30,571 nt of DNA from an uncultured Pseudomonadota bacterium (GCA_913020725.1 CAJWCD010000025.1:1-30571); one strand, 5' to 3'. Shown: positions 1 through 8,112, numbered from the stretch's first letter. Notes: generated by a model not told the origin, from the letters alone. Program-made: numbers and translations.

Positions 1-134
1 AAAACCAGTTTCAGTACCGGTATTGGTTTTGAGAGACCACACTGTTCTGCAACCAGATTCAGTTTCGTTCTGAAACCAGATTCTGTTTTCAGTTTGAGAG
101 ACCGCCCTTAGGTGGTTCTGAAACCAGATTCAGT
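1..134. repeat. Irregular array of a ~20-bp unit GTTCTGAAACCAGATTCAGT plus a second motif TTTGAGAGACC
   Basis: Unit copies at 44-63, 67-86 and 115-134, with a truncated copy at 1-15. TTTGAGAGACC at 28-38 and 93-103. The unit contains a small inverted repeat CTGAA-N6-TTCAG. Copies fall in different reading frames, so this is not a protein repeat. Confidence 0.7.
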
Positions 135-247
135 GGTTCCCCCTATTCTGCCCCAGCCCCGAGATCTGTTGAGAACTGTAGAGGCTCCCCGTCGGAGCTC
201 AAACCCTACTGTTTTTGTTGGTTTATCGTTGGTTCTTCCATATGGTG

Positions 248-967
248 TCAATGAGTTGAATAAGGGGGGATCAATAAGTGGTTCCTCCTGTTCCCCCCCA
301 GCCCCAGCCCCACCCCCAGCCCCGGCAACAACCAAGTTGCAGGAGTCTCAAACCAATCCGTCTTGCTGTTGGGGATGAGCATCTTCACGGTGGAGAATCC
401 CAGTTCGGTGTGCAGCTGAATAGTCGCCCGCACCGCCGGGGCAAGTTCCGGGAATTTCTCGGAAGGGTCGAGCCGCGTGTCGTAAGGCAGGGCAAGCCGG
501 TCGAAGTCAATTTCATCATACATCTCCTCAACGAGGTCCGAGACACTCTCATTCAAGCCTAAGGTGGAGCAGTCCTCGCAGACCTCCGCCTTCACCACCT
601 TGCGGTCAAGGTCCACCATGGCAAGCGTCAGCTGCGTGATCTTCTCATCCTGCAGCAGTTGCAGGGAGAAGTGGACCTCCACCTGCAGGGTGTCCTGCAC
701 ATAGCGGATGCAGTTCTCCTCGGTGCACTCCTCGAACTCCAGTTCCTCGAATGCCTTCTGCTGGGCTTCCTCGTAGCGGCGTTGCGAGATCAGCTCGAAG
801 CGCTCCGAGATTTCTGCCTGCAGGTGGTTGAAGATGATCTGGCGCTGCACGGTGGTGATCGGACCCAGCGAGACCACCGGGCTGAGCAGCGCCGGGGGCT
901 TGGCCGCATGAACTGCAGCAGTAACACCTAGCAGAAGGGCGATTACCAGCAGGGTTCGAGAGAGCAT
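248..967 (-). CDS. Exported Cys-rich hypothetical protein (ECTEENC and CEDC motifs); C-terminus possibly truncated or corrupted
   Basis: ORF 248..985 with ATG at 967 giving signal peptide MLSRTLLVIALLLGVTAAVHA. Third gene of a closely packed minus-strand operon. The last ~25 aa run through a poly-G tract and look unlike the rest. Confidence 0.75.
   Translation of the reverse strand: MLSRTLLVIALLLGVTAAVHAAKPPALLSPVVSLGPITTVQRQIIFNHLQAEISERFELISQRRYEEAQQKAFEELEFEECTEENCIRYVQDTLQVEVHFSLQLLQDEKITQLTLAMVDLDRKVVKAEVCEDCSTLGLNESVSDLVEEMYDEIDFDRLALPYDTRLDPSEKFPELAPAVRATIQLHTELGFSTVKMLIPNSKTDWFETPATWLLPGLGVGLGLGGNRRNHLLIPPYSTH
293..323 (-). other. G-quadruplex-forming motif / poly-G tract
   Basis: Minus strand reads GGGG-CT-GGGGG-T-GGGG-CT-GGGG-CT-GGGGGGG: five G-runs of 4-7 nt with 1-2 nt loops. 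Confidence 0.7.
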
Positions 968-981
968 CAAGGATCCTGCCT

Positions 982-1506
982 TCACAGTGCGTCCTCCAGC
1001 TCTTCCACCAGTTCTTCCAGCACCTCGTCCTCCAGCCCGGTGTAGCGGAAAATCTCCTCGCCATCATGGATCCCGATGATGGTCGGAAAGACCGTTTTTC
1101 CACCCTTGAAGAACTTGCGCGCAATCATCCCCGAGCGGTCACGGTAGACCCTTGCCTCTGGAACCCCAAGGCGGTTTGCAAACGCCTGAACCGCCTCACG
1201 GCTGTCCTCGCGCAAAGGGTCAATGAAGAGCAGGGGCACCTTGGGGAAGCGCTCGTCCATCAGTGAGTTGAGCAGCGGCATCTCCCGGATGCAGGGCTGG
1301 CAGTTGACAAAGAAGAAGCTGACCACGAAGGGCTCGTCCCCGACTCTGCGGGAGTCGAAGCGCTTGCCCTCAAGGCTGCTGATCCAGAAGCTGGGGGCGT
1401 CCCGTGCGAATGCACCTGAATCCAGAAGTGCAGCAAGCAACACCCCAAGCAGAGTCGCACGCACTCTTGGGCTAATCCCCCGCAACCATGCTCCAGAGAA
1501 AATCAT
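982..1506 (-). CDS. TlpA/ResA-like thioredoxin-fold thiol-disulfide oxidoreductase, exported
   Basis: Signal-like N-terminus, APSF..SLEG..F, VVSFFFVNCQPCIREMPLL (CxxC) and cis-Pro motif VFPT. An alternative GTG start lies at 1464. Confidence 0.85.
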   Translation of the reverse strand: MIFSGAWLRGISPRVRATLLGVLLAALLDSGAFARDAPSFWISSLEGKRFDSRRVGDEPFVVSFFFVNCQPCIREMPLLNSLMDERFPKVPLLFIDPLREDSREAVQAFANRLGVPEARVYRDRSGMIARKFFKGGKTVFPTIIGIHDGEEIFRYTGLEDEVLEELVEELEDAL

Positions 1507-2857
1507 CGAGTCCTTTTCGTGAGAGGTGTTTTGAGAGTTTCCTGCCTGCCTTCATGAACGCCCGTGCCGCGAATTCCTCATCCTCTTCCCAGGTTTTCAG
1601 GGGCATCCGGCTTTTTGGGAAGTCCTTGCGGCCAACTTCGCGAACGGTTCCGTCCTCCAGGCGGAAGTGCCGCAGCCTCACCTTGAGCTGGGCGAGTCCG
1701 GCCCACTGGGAGGTCAGCTGTTTTTTGAGCTTGCCCTGGACCTCGAGAACAAGGGCATGCCCGACCTTGCTGGAGGCAAGGGCTTCGGGCAGCTCTTCCA
1801 TGCTTTGGAGCACTTCGAGTTGGGGCTGAAGCTTGAGCCGCAGGGTGGATCGTGCGGTCTGCTGGATGGTGTGGTGGAGTTCGTTTACTGCGTCCCCCAG
1901 CTGGGAATCGGCTGCCGGGTCCCCGGAGGACAGGTGGAGCATGAGCGCTGAGACGCTGGGAAGATCGGAGCGCACAAAGAAGAACTCCCCGTCCTGATGG
2001 CCCTGATTGACAATTGGATGGACCGCCGGGGTCTGGGCGGCGCCTTTGATCGCCATCGTGTCATTGGCGACCAGCCTCGCCATGCGGCTGCCAAGCTCGG
2101 ATGCCGGAAGAAAGACCTTTTGGTTGGCTTCCAGCTGGGCGAGCAGGTGGTAGGCGAAGATGGAGTGCCCCTCCCACTTTGGTCCTCCGTCCGAAACTGG
2201 TTCGTTGCCCCCGGAGGAGAGGCCCCACACCGACTTGAGTTGGGAGCGCTCCCGGATCCATCTGGGTTGGGTGGGCATCTCTTCGGAGGTTCTCTTGATT
2301 CCTCTTGTGAAAAGGTTCCCGCTGAAGCACGAATCGGAGATGAGCAGCTTGTGCCGGGCCTTGACCGCACGGAGTTTGTTGAGGACATCCGAGTTGGAGA
2401 TGTGCTGGTGCCTCTTGCGGAGTTCGCCATCCACCGGAACCCACCAGCCGTCCTCGTTCTTGTCGTACTCGCCATGCCCGGCGTAGTAGATCAGCACATG
2501 ATCATCTGGCCCGGAGGTTTGCTGCAGCCAGTCGATGCCGTCGAGCATCTGGATGCGGGTTGCGTTTCTCAGCAGCCGGACCTCATGCGCGGGATAGCCG
2601 TACTTGCTTGTCAGCAGGGAGGCCAAAGCCTCCGCATCATGCACAGCGGTCTTCAGCGGGGGCCAGTGCAGGTATTCGTTGTTGCCGATGATCAGCGCAC
2701 GATTGCGGGCCTCTCCGGATGCTTTTTCAACAACTGTTTGCTTGACGCCGCGTTGCTGGGCAGAAATGGGGCTGGCGAGCAGCAGGCAGACGAGTAAGAG
2801 CAGGAAGCAGGAGCGCTTCCGGAGGTGAGGACGCGGATGGGGATTGGCGTGACGCAT
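1472..2857 (-). CDS. Caspase-family (peptidase C14) protease with signal peptide and C-terminal extension
   Basis: ALIIGNNEY..WPPLKTAVHDA, NATR, YYAGHG (catalytic His), ISDSCFSG (catalytic Cys), GHSIFAYHLL and QTP. Hydrophobic signal FLLLLVCLLLASPISA. The start is ATG 2857 or GTG 2890. Confidence 0.9.
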   Translation of the reverse strand: MRHANPHPRPHLRKRSCFLLLLVCLLLASPISAQQRGVKQTVVEKASGEARNRALIIGNNEYLHWPPLKTAVHDAEALASLLTSKYGYPAHEVRLLRNATRIQMLDGIDWLQQTSGPDDHVLIYYAGHGEYDKNEDGWWVPVDGELRKRHQHISNSDVLNKLRAVKARHKLLISDSCFSGNLFTRGIKRTSEEMPTQPRWIRERSQLKSVWGLSSGGNEPVSDGGPKWEGHSIFAYHLLAQLEANQKVFLPASELGSRMARLVANDTMAIKGAAQTPAVHPIVNQGHQDGEFFFVRSDLPSVSALMLHLSSGDPAADSQLGDAVNELHHTIQQTARSTLRLKLQPQLEVLQSMEELPEALASSKVGHALVLEVQGKLKKQLTSQWAGLAQLKVRLRHFRLEDGTVREVGRKDFPKSRMPLKTWEEDEEFAARAFMKAGRKLSKHLSRKGLDDFLWSMVAGD

Positions 2858-2916
2858 GGGCCTTTTCCGTGTGCGGGAGTGTTGCCACACTCTTGCTTGC
2901 TGCAGAACTGAACCGA

Positions 2917-2945
2917 ATTCTATTCCTTTGGGAGAGTCATGTCAA
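2917..2945 (-). promoter_or_regulatory. Sigma70-type promoter for the caspase/TlpA operon
   Basis: Minus strand TTGACA (2945-2940), 17 bp spacer, TAGAAT (2922-2917). Confidence 0.7.
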
Positions 2946-2971
2946 GTAGGGGGGCCGGTTGGGGAAAACGA

Positions 2972-3000
2972 TTGCCGCTCTTCCTGCCATACGCTAAGGT
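2972..3000 (+). promoter_or_regulatory. Possible sigma70 promoter for the dipeptidase operon
   Basis: TTGCCG (2972-2977), 17 bp, TAAGGT (2995-3000), 43 bp upstream of ATG 3044. Confidence 0.35.
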
Positions 3001-3043
3001 GCCTGCTGATTGTGGCAGCCATCTCCAAGCCCATGAAACAAAG

Positions 3044-4033
3044 ATGAGTGAGCGCCCGTTGATCATTGACGCACTTCAGTACAACCACTGGTCCGAGGAG
3101 ATCTTCCGGCAGATGCAGGCGGGCGGAGTGTGCGCGGTCCATGTCACGATCTGCTACCACGAGGATTTCCGGGAAACAGTGGAGCAGATGGCGGACTGGA
3201 ACCGCCGTTTTGAGCGGTATCCGGATTTAATCGTGCCGGGACGCAGCGCCGAGGATGTACGCCGGGCGCAGCAGGAGGGCCGCACCGCGATTATTTTCGG
3301 TTTCCAGAACTGCTCTCCAATCGAGGACGACATTGGACTGGTCGAGATTCTGCACCAGTTGGGTGCCCGCTTCATGCAGTTGTCCTACAACAACCAGAGC
3401 CTGCTGGCGACGGGCTGCTACGAAGCGGAGGATGCGGGCATCACGCGCATGGGCCGTCAGGTCATCAAGGAGATGAACCGCGTGGGGCTGGTGGTGGACA
3501 TGAGCCATTCGGCAGAACGCTCCACGCTGGAGGCGATCGAGATTTCCGAACGCCCGCTTGCGATCACCCACGCGAATCCGTCGTGCTGGCATCCGGCGCT
3601 CCGCAACAAATCCGCTGCCGTGTTGAAGAGCCTCGCTGCAAGTGGTGGGATGCTGGGCTTCTCGCTCTACCCCCACCACCTCAAGGACAAATCCGACTGC
3701 ACCCTAGAGAGTTTCTGCGAGATGGTCGCCCGCAGCGCAGAATTGCTGGGCGTTTCGCACATCGGACTCGGCAGCGACCTCTGCCAGCATCAGCCGGACT
3801 CGGTGGTGGAGTGGATGCGCAACGGACGCTGGAGCAAGCAAACCGACTTTGGCGAAGGTTCAGCAACACAAGCGGGGTTTCCACCGCAACCCGCATGGTT
3901 CCGGGACAACCGGGATTTCCGCAACATCGCAACCGGGCTACGGCAGGTGGGTTTTGCTCCGCAAGAGGTCGCGGCGATCATGGGCGAGAACTGGCTCGGC
4001 TTCTTTGAACGTTCGTTTGGACCAATGCAGTAG
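3044..4033 (+). CDS. Membrane/renal dipeptidase family (peptidase M19, amidohydrolase fold)
   Basis: QLSYNNQS, GITRMGRQVIKEMNRVGLVVDMSH, ITHANP..RNK, HIGLGSD and IMGENWL motifs. ATG 3044 preferred over the ORF start 2939. Confidence 0.9.
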   Translation: MSERPLIIDALQYNHWSEEIFRQMQAGGVCAVHVTICYHEDFRETVEQMADWNRRFERYPDLIVPGRSAEDVRRAQQEGRTAIIFGFQNCSPIEDDIGLVEILHQLGARFMQLSYNNQSLLATGCYEAEDAGITRMGRQVIKEMNRVGLVVDMSHSAERSTLEAIEISERPLAITHANPSCWHPALRNKSAAVLKSLAASGGMLGFSLYPHHLKDKSDCTLESFCEMVARSAELLGVSHIGLGSDLCQHQPDSVVEWMRNGRWSKQTDFGEGSATQAGFPPQPAWFRDNRDFRNIATGLRQVGFAPQEVAAIMGENWLGFFERSFGPMQ

Positions 4034-4046
4034 CTGCAAATCCACA

Positions 4047-5726
4047 ATGGATTTCCCGCTCCGTCCTCCGGAACAGGTGATGCGGCTCACCCGCATGGGC
4101 AGTTTCTTTGCCACACGCCTGAGCTTCATGCCCAGCCTGCTGCGGCACATGGCAGCAGAGGATTGGCGGATTGAGCGCACCCGCTGGGACATTGATGCCG
4201 ATGGTTTTGGACGAGCGGTTTTTTGTGCAAAATCTCCAGAATGGACTTACAGCCTCGTCGCGTTTTCCAATGACCTCGACCCCAAGCTGCGCTCCGACCG
4301 CGTGATCGCCGAAGCGTGGGACGCGACCTTTGTGCTCTTCGACGGGGAACCGTCCGAACACGACCTTGACCGCCTCGCGCAAAATGCACCGCATCAGGAA
4401 GCCGGACGCTACCTCCCCAGTGAACTTGTGCTGTCACGGGCGAACAAGAGTGTGCGCTTTTTCTCGCATGTGGTGGAACACCTTGCCAGCGGACGGCAGC
4501 CGGACCTTGACTTGCTCGGCAGGGTCGGCTACCTGATGCGCACCACGGCGGTCTACGGCAACGGCAAGTTTGGACTCGCCGACCGTGCCAAGATCGCCCA
4601 GCGTCCGGGATTGTCCGGACCTTTCCGTGCGGAACTGCTCACGGTTTATCTGATCCGTGCCTTCACCCATGAACTGGTGGAACACATCGCCCGCAGCCGT
4701 TCCCCGGAAAGCTTCGTCCTGTTGCATCCGGATAGCAAGCGGCATCTTGGCATCGGCAACGCGACCGGACTCGGCATGGCCCCCTTTCTCGTCAGCCACC
4801 CGATTCTGATTCACAACTGGATGCACGCTCGCGAAACCGCGTTGGCGCGAGTACGGGGACAAGTCCAAACTGAACCGGAACGCCTTGAAAACTTCCGGAA
4901 TTTGCTGAACCGCGCCCGGCAGCATGTCGCAGAGTGGAGCGTTCCGGATGCCCGGCAAAGCGCACGAATCACCGAGTTGCGCCAAGACCTCGACACCCTG
5001 CACTCGTGGCTGGAGACCGACGCAGACTGGGGAGCACAACCCTCTCCGTGGAATTGGCTGTATCGTCGGGCGGAATCGAAACTTTCGTTGGAAGCACAGG
5101 AGTTGGCGGTGAGTCTGCTGCTGGAAATCCACGGCGACTTGGTGGATGAATTGGCAGAGACCATGAGTACGGAGGACCATGAACGCCTCGACCCTGCAAT
5201 GTCCGTTCGTGTCCTCAAGCAACTCGTGCAGCAGCACTATGCTTGGGCGCTGGAGATTGACCTCGCCCAATCCGAATCCCAGCAGCACTTCTGGTATGTT
5301 TCGGAAGAAAAACTGGAACCGCGTTTTGGAGATCGCTTTCAGGAAGAGGGCGCCGACAAGGAAATGCCCCACGCGCTGGCACAAGATTTTCAGCACCTTT
5401 GGCATCTGTTGGAAAACTCTAATCCGGAAGACAGCACTGCCGATTTGCTGTTCCGGCATCCGGAACTACGCCGCACCATCCGCCGCTTGCAGACCGTTTC
5501 TCAATACCCCTACGCAGAAATTCAGGACAACCTCGTAGCGGAGGATTGCCTGCCCATTGACCTGCTGCGCTGCAAGCTCTCGTTTTTCGGCGCAGCCAAG
5601 TTTGATCCCAAATCGGACCTTTGGACTCGCATCACCCTCTACCAAGGAGCACCACTTCCGGAGGAGTTGCAGCGCAAGCAAAACCTCGACTGGAGTTTCC
5701 CCGTGCTGCCGCAGGAAGTCCCATGA
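4047..5726 (+). CDS. Conserved hypothetical protein of the dipeptidase/DUF3726 cluster
   Basis: 559-aa ORF from ATG 4047, 13 bp after the dipeptidase stop. Conserved-looking blocks RSDRVIAEAWD, YLMRTTAVYGNGKFG, GIGNATGLGMAPF, WYVSEEKLEPR and KLSFFGAAKFDPKSD. Confidence 0.85.
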   Translation: MDFPLRPPEQVMRLTRMGSFFATRLSFMPSLLRHMAAEDWRIERTRWDIDADGFGRAVFCAKSPEWTYSLVAFSNDLDPKLRSDRVIAEAWDATFVLFDGEPSEHDLDRLAQNAPHQEAGRYLPSELVLSRANKSVRFFSHVVEHLASGRQPDLDLLGRVGYLMRTTAVYGNGKFGLADRAKIAQRPGLSGPFRAELLTVYLIRAFTHELVEHIARSRSPESFVLLHPDSKRHLGIGNATGLGMAPFLVSHPILIHNWMHARETALARVRGQVQTEPERLENFRNLLNRARQHVAEWSVPDARQSARITELRQDLDTLHSWLETDADWGAQPSPWNWLYRRAESKLSLEAQELAVSLLLEIHGDLVDELAETMSTEDHERLDPAMSVRVLKQLVQQHYAWALEIDLAQSESQQHFWYVSEEKLEPRFGDRFQEEGADKEMPHALAQDFQHLWHLLENSNPEDSTADLLFRHPELRRTIRRLQTVSQYPYAEIQDNLVAEDCLPIDLLRCKLSFFGAAKFDPKSDLWTRITLYQGAPLPEELQRKQNLDWSFPVLPQEVP

Positions 5727-6424
5727 AAGTCTCCGGCAACGAAATTGAAATCAGCTTCCGGAAAGCTGCGCTTGGTGCCGAAATCCCTTTGGGGCTGGCG
5801 GAGGATTTTGGGCGCATCGGCTACTGGCTGGCAGCACGACGGGTGAATCCACTGCCTGCCGGACTCGCCGCACTGGATGCCTTTGATGCTGAAAATTCAG
5901 GGGCAGGTGCTTTGCTTGAAAGCGAACAGGAGTGGAACCTGACTCCCAAAGCAGGGCAGGGGTTATCCGCCTTGTACGCCGGAGCGTCTGCTTGTGATTT
6001 GCTTTGTGTCCAATACTCTGCGCTACGGCTACGGCAAGTCGATGCTCCGTTACTCGTTTTGGTAGCGGCGGCTTTGGCGGCGGCAGAGCATGCACTGGTG
6101 CTTCAGGTCGAACTGCTTGCCGCAGACGGAACCACGGCGGTGGCGTGTTGTGATTCTGGAATGGTCCGCGCCCAAGCTGCTGTGTTGCAGCGGTTCACTG
6201 CTGCTGCTGCATTGGATATGCGGCTACAGCGGGCCAGTTCCGAGCATTCCAGCAACAAGCCTGTGGCACTTCCTGCCGCGCCTCCGGACGATATTTTTTC
6301 AGAGGGGGCTGATGTGGACGAAGCGGAGTGGAGTCGGGTTCAACAGTACGCCACGCGCATGCTTGTTCCTGCGTCGGAAACCTCCCGTGCTGGGGCCGGA
6401 GCCGGAGAACCGGACAGCGCTTGA
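5723..6424 (+). CDS. DUF3726-like protein
   Basis: ATGA overlap with the upstream stop. The N-terminus MKVSGNEIEISFRKAALGAEIPLGLAEDFG..WL and C-terminus VPASETSRAGAGAGEPD match my recollection of DUF3726. Confidence 0.7.
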   Translation: MKVSGNEIEISFRKAALGAEIPLGLAEDFGRIGYWLAARRVNPLPAGLAALDAFDAENSGAGALLESEQEWNLTPKAGQGLSALYAGASACDLLCVQYSALRLRQVDAPLLVLVAAALAAAEHALVLQVELLAADGTTAVACCDSGMVRAQAAVLQRFTAAAALDMRLQRASSEHSSNKPVALPAAPPDDIFSEGADVDEAEWSRVQQYATRMLVPASETSRAGAGAGEPDSA

Positions 6425-6431
6425 TGGACAG

Positions 6432-6537
6432 CGGCACTTAGTGGTGCGACACTCGTGAGGCATGCGAGTCCATTTTGCAACTGACCCACTGCCTCAACCT
6501 TGCTAAACTTATGCAAAATGACTCACACGCACTGCCG
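6432..6537 (+). ncRNA. Candidate structured cis-regulatory RNA leader (two hairpins with complementary loops inside a closing stem)
   Basis: Pairings CGGCA/TGCCG, GTGCG/CGCAC, ACTCG/CGAGT and CATTTTGCA/TGCAAAATG. Loop TGAGGCA (6456-6462) is complementary to TGCCTCA (6490-6496). Confidence 0.35.
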
Positions 6538-6620
6538 GAGCACTCTCTCGAAAACGGCGTGAATCCTCTGGACTTCCCTACGGGGAACATGGAATCAACT
6601 CTTAACCGAAAGAACAACCT

Positions 6621-7502
6621 ATGCGTACCATGAAGGGCATCATTGCCCCAGCAACAACGGCGTTTGACCGTGCAGGAAATCTGGATTTAGCGACCGCCAA
6701 GCAGCAATTTCAATGGCTGTTGGACTGTGGCTGCCACGGCATGGCCGTGGGCGGAAGCACGGGAGAGGGCCACACGCTGAGTCGGGACGAATTTACACAG
6801 TTGGTCGAAGTTGCTGTGAACGAGGTGGGCTCCGCGATTCCGGTGATCGCGGGTATCATCGTCAACAGCACCCAAGAGGCGATTGAGCGCGGCAAGCTCG
6901 CCAAGGCAGTGGGTGCGGATGCTTTGCAGGTCACTCCCGTTCATTACCTCTTCCGTCCGGATGACGACTCGATGGTCCTGCACTTCCGGATGCTTGCCGA
7001 GCAGACCGAACTGCCTGTGATCATTTACAATGTGGTGCCGTGGACGTACCTTTCTCCGGATTTGCTCTGCCGCATCATGAAGGAAGTTCCGGGTGTGGTG
7101 GGTGTCAAGCAGAGCGCAGGCGACATGAAATTGCTCGCAGATTTGCTCCAGCAATGTCAGCCCGAAGACTTGATTTTCTCCGCAGTGGATGCCCTGCTTT
7201 ACCCTTCCTTTCAGCTTGGGGCGCAAGGGGCGATTGCAGCAGTGCTGGCGGCGTGTCCGAAGCCGTGCGTTGAACTGTGGGATGCGGTGCAGTCCGGAAA
7301 TCAGCAACGAGCGTTGGAACTGCACGGCCAACTGTTGCGCGTCTGGAACGCCAGCGAACACGACCTGCTGCCGGCTTGCGTCAAGTACGCCCAAACGTTG
7401 CAAGGTTGTCCCCCTTCCTATCCGCGTATGCCTATGCCTTACCCCAACGAAGCCATGCAGACCCAACTCCGTGAAGCTCTCAAGGCGGCGGGGATTCCGT
7501 GA
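6621..7502 (+). CDS. Dihydrodipicolinate synthase (DHDPS/NAL) family class I aldolase/lyase, probably not true DapA
   Basis: GGSTGEG, IIYN and GVKQS (Schiff-base Lys). It lacks the DapA-typical YNVPxRT arginine (here YNVVPWT) and the YYNKP motif. Confidence 0.85.
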   Translation: MRTMKGIIAPATTAFDRAGNLDLATAKQQFQWLLDCGCHGMAVGGSTGEGHTLSRDEFTQLVEVAVNEVGSAIPVIAGIIVNSTQEAIERGKLAKAVGADALQVTPVHYLFRPDDDSMVLHFRMLAEQTELPVIIYNVVPWTYLSPDLLCRIMKEVPGVVGVKQSAGDMKLLADLLQQCQPEDLIFSAVDALLYPSFQLGAQGAIAAVLAACPKPCVELWDAVQSGNQQRALELHGQLLRVWNASEHDLLPACVKYAQTLQGCPPSYPRMPMPYPNEAMQTQLREALKAAGIP

Positions 7503-7559
7503 ACTGACGTGAGTTTTAGATAAGCAAAACAGGGGGTCAAGTCAGAATGGGGAGCCTGA

Positions 7560-7624
7560 TTTTGGTTCTTGGTTTTCGGTTCTCGGTCTCGGAGCCTTTG
7601 GAACTTTAGAACTTTAGAACTTTG
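7560..7624. repeat. Short tandem repeats (7-mer TYTYGGT x4-5; 8-mer GAACTTTA x3)
   Basis: ttttggt-tcttggt-tttcggt-tctcggt-ctcgg at 7560-7592; gaacttta-gaacttta-gaactttg at 7601-7624; GGAGCCT at both 7551 and 7591. Confidence 0.7.
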
Positions 7625-7737
7625 CCTGCCCAACCCCCAAAGCAAGCGACTTGGGAGCATTGGAGAAACTGGTACGGGAATTGAAGGAGGACTGAGAGTA
7701 CACGGACGAATGCTCACCCACACACGGAGTTGTGAAA

Positions 7738-8112
7738 ATGTCAGGGGACCTCTGCGTTCATATCGATCAGCACCACCGCATCAGCGTCAATGATGTCATT
7801 TCGCTGCTCCGGCAACTCAAGCGCCGCGAACACCACCGCGTTGTTGTCACCGAAATCGACCTCGCCGGGACAGAACTCTTCGACGACCTCTTTGGGTTTG
7901 ATCAGGAGGATCGCGACCGCCTGATGCGCTACATCAACGGTGATGCAATCATGGAAATGCTGGACGACGAGGAACTGCTCCCGCCCGAAAGCTTTCAGGA
8001 CCTCTCGCTCATGGATCAAGGAAAATTCCCCAAGCTTGAGGAACTCGACGACATCGTAGCGCTGCTGGGAGCGGTCAACGAAGACGCTTCCTCCGCAAGC
8101 GCCCTCCACTGA
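7738..8112 (+). CDS. Hypothetical acidic protein (124 aa)
   Basis: ATG 7738 preceded by GGAG. Codon usage resembles neighbouring genes, and the stop abuts the convergent gene at 8113. Confidence 0.7.
   Translation: MSGDLCVHIDQHHRISVNDVISLLRQLKRREHHRVVVTEIDLAGTELFDDLFGFDQEDRDRLMRYINGDAIMEMLDDEELLPPESFQDLSLMDQGKFPKLEELDDIVALLGAVNEDASSASALH

Noticed and set aside
1..134. CRISPR array
   Set aside because: Units are only ~20 bp, gaps are irregular (3 to ~28 bp) and share sequence with each other, and there are no cas genes in the window.
2939..4046. Long N-terminal extensions from the ORF track (2939, 3849; likewise 5621, 11103, 14046, 17907, 24680)
   Set aside because: They overlap neighbouring genes or promoters, and homology-like sequence begins at downstream ATGs.
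6432..6560. Lysine riboswitch call upstream of a dapA-like gene
   Set aside because: Only the 5' GGTGCG and a kissing loop resemble it. The loop-E, kink-turn and five-way junction are not evident, and the gene is probably not true DapA. Kept only as a candidate novel RNA.
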